Part shown: positions 58,601-64,000 of the stretch, piece by piece
Layout of the letters: every line of letters begins with the position of its first letter
Numbering within the stretch: the stretch's first letter is position 1
NCBI RefSeq assembly: GCF_009914755.1
Contig: NC_060930.1
Reading direction: 5' to 3' (one strand)
DNA length: 64,000 nt
Source: the human T2T-CHM13v2.0 reference genome, Homo sapiens
Translations under genes and position numbers: made by a program
Notes under the pieces: generated by a model
Databases searched by the model: none
What the model saw: only the letters and a program-made list of their open reading frames with translations
What the model was told of the DNA's origin: nothing

Positions 58601-60475
58601 ATGGAAGTCGCTCTGCAGATTCCTCCAGGCCCACCACCAACTCGCCCACCCCCACCGCTGGCTGAGGCACTAGGTCCCCCCCGTGAAGTACAAAGACCCC
58701 CACTTTGGGGCAGAGTGTGTGTGGGTCCTTACCTGGGCTGAGGGTGCGGGCGGTTCCCTGGATGCTGTCGGCCTTGTGGGGTCCTCGCAGCCCATACAGT
58801 GTCAGGCTGTACAGAGTCCCGGAACGCAGGTCCCGGAGCACGGCCGAGTGCCGCGTCCCCGGCACCATCAGCTCGCGCTGCAGCAGTGGACGCGGATGCG
58901 GCTCCAGAGTGCTTGGTGATGGAACCCCAAAGCGGAGCAGGAAGGAGTCGAAGGCCCCCGGTGGGGCCTCCCAGTTGAGCCTCAGTGAACTGGTGGTCAC
59001 GTCAGTCACAGACAGCTGGGACAGGCGGGGCCTTGACTCCTCTGAGGTCTGACCAGCAGGAGCCAGCCCTGCACGGAGTGGGTGGGGGAGAAGGGATTGG
59101 AGACAGAAGCACACCAGCTTGGTGACCCAGAGCACGTCCCTTCCACCCCCCTCCCTGCCCCCGTTTCTCTATCTGTAACCAGGGACTTGCAGCCACAGGG
59201 GGGTCCTGTGGGGCAGAGCTAAAGGCCACTCGCATCCAGCCCATCCATCCTCTCTCCCTGGTACCCGCCTCACGCTCTTTCCCTGCGACCACCCCTTCTG
59301 AGCCCCCGTTTCTCCCTTCTGAGTCCTAGGCTAGAGGCCGGAGACGCCTGGTGGTACCTGTGGTGCCCTCAGCTGAGAGGGGCCCCAGGCGCTTCCCTTC
59401 ATGGAGGCCATAGAGGAGGAACCTGTAGGGGGTGCTGGGCTCCAGGCCTGAGATGAGGATCTTGCTCTGGTCGCCGTCCACGAGCAAGGCCTGGGGCTGC
59501 CCGTTCGTGTCCTCATACTGGACCACGAAGGAATCAAAGGGGCCCTGGGCCACGCTCCACGAGAGGCGCATGGAGTCTGGGGTTGTGTCGGTCACGGTCA
59601 GCACTCCTAGGCGGGGCTCTTCAGGAGGCTCAGGGGCCTCTGGGGCTAACTCTGGGGCTGGTGTGTCCTCTTCTGGGGCTGCGTGGGAGAAGCCCAGGGG
59701 AGAATCTGAGTGAGGGGCGCCATGGGGTGCTCCATTTTTATCTTCCAGGCTTGGCCCAAGGCTGAGGTGGGAAGTTTATAGGTCCAGGCCCAGTCAGACA
59801 ATGAAGTCGCTGTGGCCTCGTGACTCCTGCGAGCTCCCGCGCTGTCTGAGTCAGGTGCTCGCTTCCCCCTTCCACACCCCGGTGTCCTGCCGAGCCCACC
59901 TCGAGATATCACAGGCTCTGGCCCCACCCATGCCGGGATACATTCACTGAGCTTGAGGAGTGTGGTGCTCCCTTCTGAGAGAAGCTGAGGGTGGAACTGG
60001 CTGGTTGAGGTGACTGGCAAATCCCACCAGCCGTGCCGTGGTCAGGCCTGTCTGAGGTGGGCATCAGCGAGCTCTGGAAGAGGAGCCTGTACCACAAATG
60101 CAGCCACTGCTGTTGGTTTCTGTGTCCCCGCTCATTTTGTTTTCCAGTGATGTTCCTCTTAAGAAAATGCTCCTGACTCATCCACGGCAGGGAGGTTTGC
60201 CACTATCTGGACAAGGCCACCCTTCGGGGAGGCGACAGCAGCCCCAGCGAGTAATGAGGAGCAGCGGCAGTGACGGGGCAGAGTCGGGGCTGGGAGATTA
60301 GAGAGCCCCTCCCAGGGCCTTTCCCTCCCGCCTGGCCTGGCTCCTGCTCTGGACTCCTTGATGGATGTTGAAGCCCACAGGGCTGCAGACTCCTCCTCCT
60401 TCCTGGGCACAGGCCAGGTCACCCCACTCCGGCCTGCCCACTCCTGCAGTCATCTTTGTCTTCAGACCAAATGCA
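55646..60475 (-). pseudogene. TNXA: Tenascin XA, a 5'-truncated paralog of TNXB
   Basis: FnIII exons (MRLSWSVAQGPFDSF) and fibrinogen-like exons (GAWWYRNCHYANLNG); stop at 55820; AATAAA at 55646-55651. An FnIII exon is cut short after ARTQKLQ at about 58191 (the known 120-bp deletion). Ends at the RCCX breakpoint. Confidence 0.95.
56091..56096 (+). terminator. CYP21A1P polyadenylation signal AATAAA, inside the last TNXA intron
   Basis: AATAAA about 490 nt after the CYP21 stop codon. Confidence 0.8.
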
Positions 60476-61395
60476 CAAGTACTTTGTTAAAGGTATCCCA
60501 TCTGCAGCTCAAGCCTGCAGCCCCTCACCTTTTGGTGGCTCCTCAGGCCTCTAGGCCTTATTCACCTTTCCCCTCTCCTGTGCCACTTCTCCTCTAGGGC
60601 GCCAGGCTGTCCTTGGCATGGTCCGGAAGGCAAAGTACCGGGAGCTGCTCCTATCAGAGCTCCTGGGCCGGCGGGTGCCTGTCGTGGTGCGGCTTGGCCT
60701 CACCTACCATGTGCACGACCTCATTGGGGCCCAGCTAGTGGACTGGTGAGTCTTTCCCTGGCCTCTGGCAGATTATGGAGCAATGACCCAAAGTGGGATT
60801 TCCTCCCAGCTCATGCTTAGTTTCCTAGTGAAGGCCAGTGGCTCTCATTCTTCTCTGGAACCCGGGAGCACCCCTTCCCAAGTTCTAAGTTCTCCTCACA
60901 GCTTGAGCCTAGGCGTCTGGCTCCAGCCTTGTCTTTCTCCTGCACAGCATCTCTACCACTTCAGGAACCCTCCTCCGCCTGCCAGAGACATGAAGATTCT
61001 GCTCATCATTGCTCAGCTCCTCAGAGTGGGCCGGGAGGGGACTAGAAGAGCTGCATGATGGTGGCTGAGACAGGGTCACCTTGGGAAGGCTTGGGAGCCA
61101 GGATGAGTGTCGGGCTCTCGTGTGTGCAAAAGGTCAGATGTGACTGCTGCTGTTTGCCTGGTTTCTGACCCAGTGGTGGGGTTTGAGCAATGCTTCTCTG
61201 CCCTTCCATGGAAAGTGGAACCAGAAATGGTGCCAAGGCTGTGGCTGTTCCCTTTCGTGTAAAATGGTGCTGTTATTACTCTGTCTTGAAATAGGAAGGT
61301 GGGATTTCTGGGGAGGCTGGTGAAGGAGGGCAGGGTTCTTTTCTCTACGTGTCATGTTAAAATTGCCAAATAAAGTACCTCTGCCTGTGATATTT
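60476..61395 (+). pseudogene. STK19B: STK19B (RP2), a 3' fragment of STK19
   Basis: Copy of 27738-28657 starting mid-exon; contains only the last two full exons and AATAAA at 61369. Confidence 0.95.
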
Positions 61396-62030
61396 TCTGG
61401 ATGTCCTTTATTTACTGTGACGTGTGTTTGGGTGCCTTGTTTAGGGGTAGAGGTGAAGTCTGAGCTTTGCCTCATTCAGAGAGGAAAGGGGTCAGGGGTT
61501 CACTCTGACGTTCAGGCCATTCTCCCTGTGGAGTGGTGAGGGTGTACCTAATCTCCTAAACCACGGAATTTCTGTTAGGGCCTAAAAAAGCAAAAGCCTA
61601 GTATAGTTCAATTTGTGTTGGAATGAAAGTAAGAGACAAGTGTCTTAGAAGCCTGTCATTGTTTTGTGAGGGCCTTTAAATATCCTGTACTCGTGGGCCA
61701 TGTTGGGCCCTTGTACGCCCAGGTATACATGAGCTTGTGTGCACCTATACCCTGATACAGATATACCTGGTAGGGGGAGGTGCTCAGGCACTGGAATGAG
61801 AGGAGTTAACGGGGAAGGACAGGGTTATTTCTGGGCCAAGATTCAGAGTTTCCCATGGACACCCAGGTGTCCGGGGTGCCCCCACAACTCTGGGCCTGAG
61901 GCCAGTTGCACTTCTTGGCTGTCACGTGGTTTCCCAGCTTAGCTGGGCTGGGGGAGGAGCAAGGTCCAGAGTCAACTCTGCCCCGAGGCCTAGCTTGGCC
62001 AGAAGGTAGCAGACAGACAGACGGATCTAA

Positions 62031-64000
<1,970 letters not shown>

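Overview
Human MHC class III (6p21.3) DNA, recognised from the spliced protein sequences. In order: NELFE (minus, last exon outside the window, with the intronic mirtron MIR1236), SKIC2/SKIV2L (plus), DXO (minus) and STK19/WHR1 (plus, with an Alu cluster and an SVA in its long intron). Next is one complete RCCX module: long C4A carrying the 6.36-kb antisense HERV-K(C4) provirus, then CYP21A1P and TNXA. The second module begins with STK19B and the 5' end of a second C4 gene, duplicated at an offset of 32,738 bp. The locus is heavily studied and I found no convincing wholly new biological system. The most interesting sequence-level signals are: a G-to-A hypermutation signature and YxDD deletion in HERV-K(C4); loss of AATAAA in its 3' LTR only; an in-frame, stop-free SKIC2 exon flanked by inverted Alus; paralog divergence confined to about 200 bp at the RCCX breakpoint; a doubly truncated SVA; and a CYP21A1P copy that keeps R356. 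Coordinates were read by eye, and reference comparisons are from memory.
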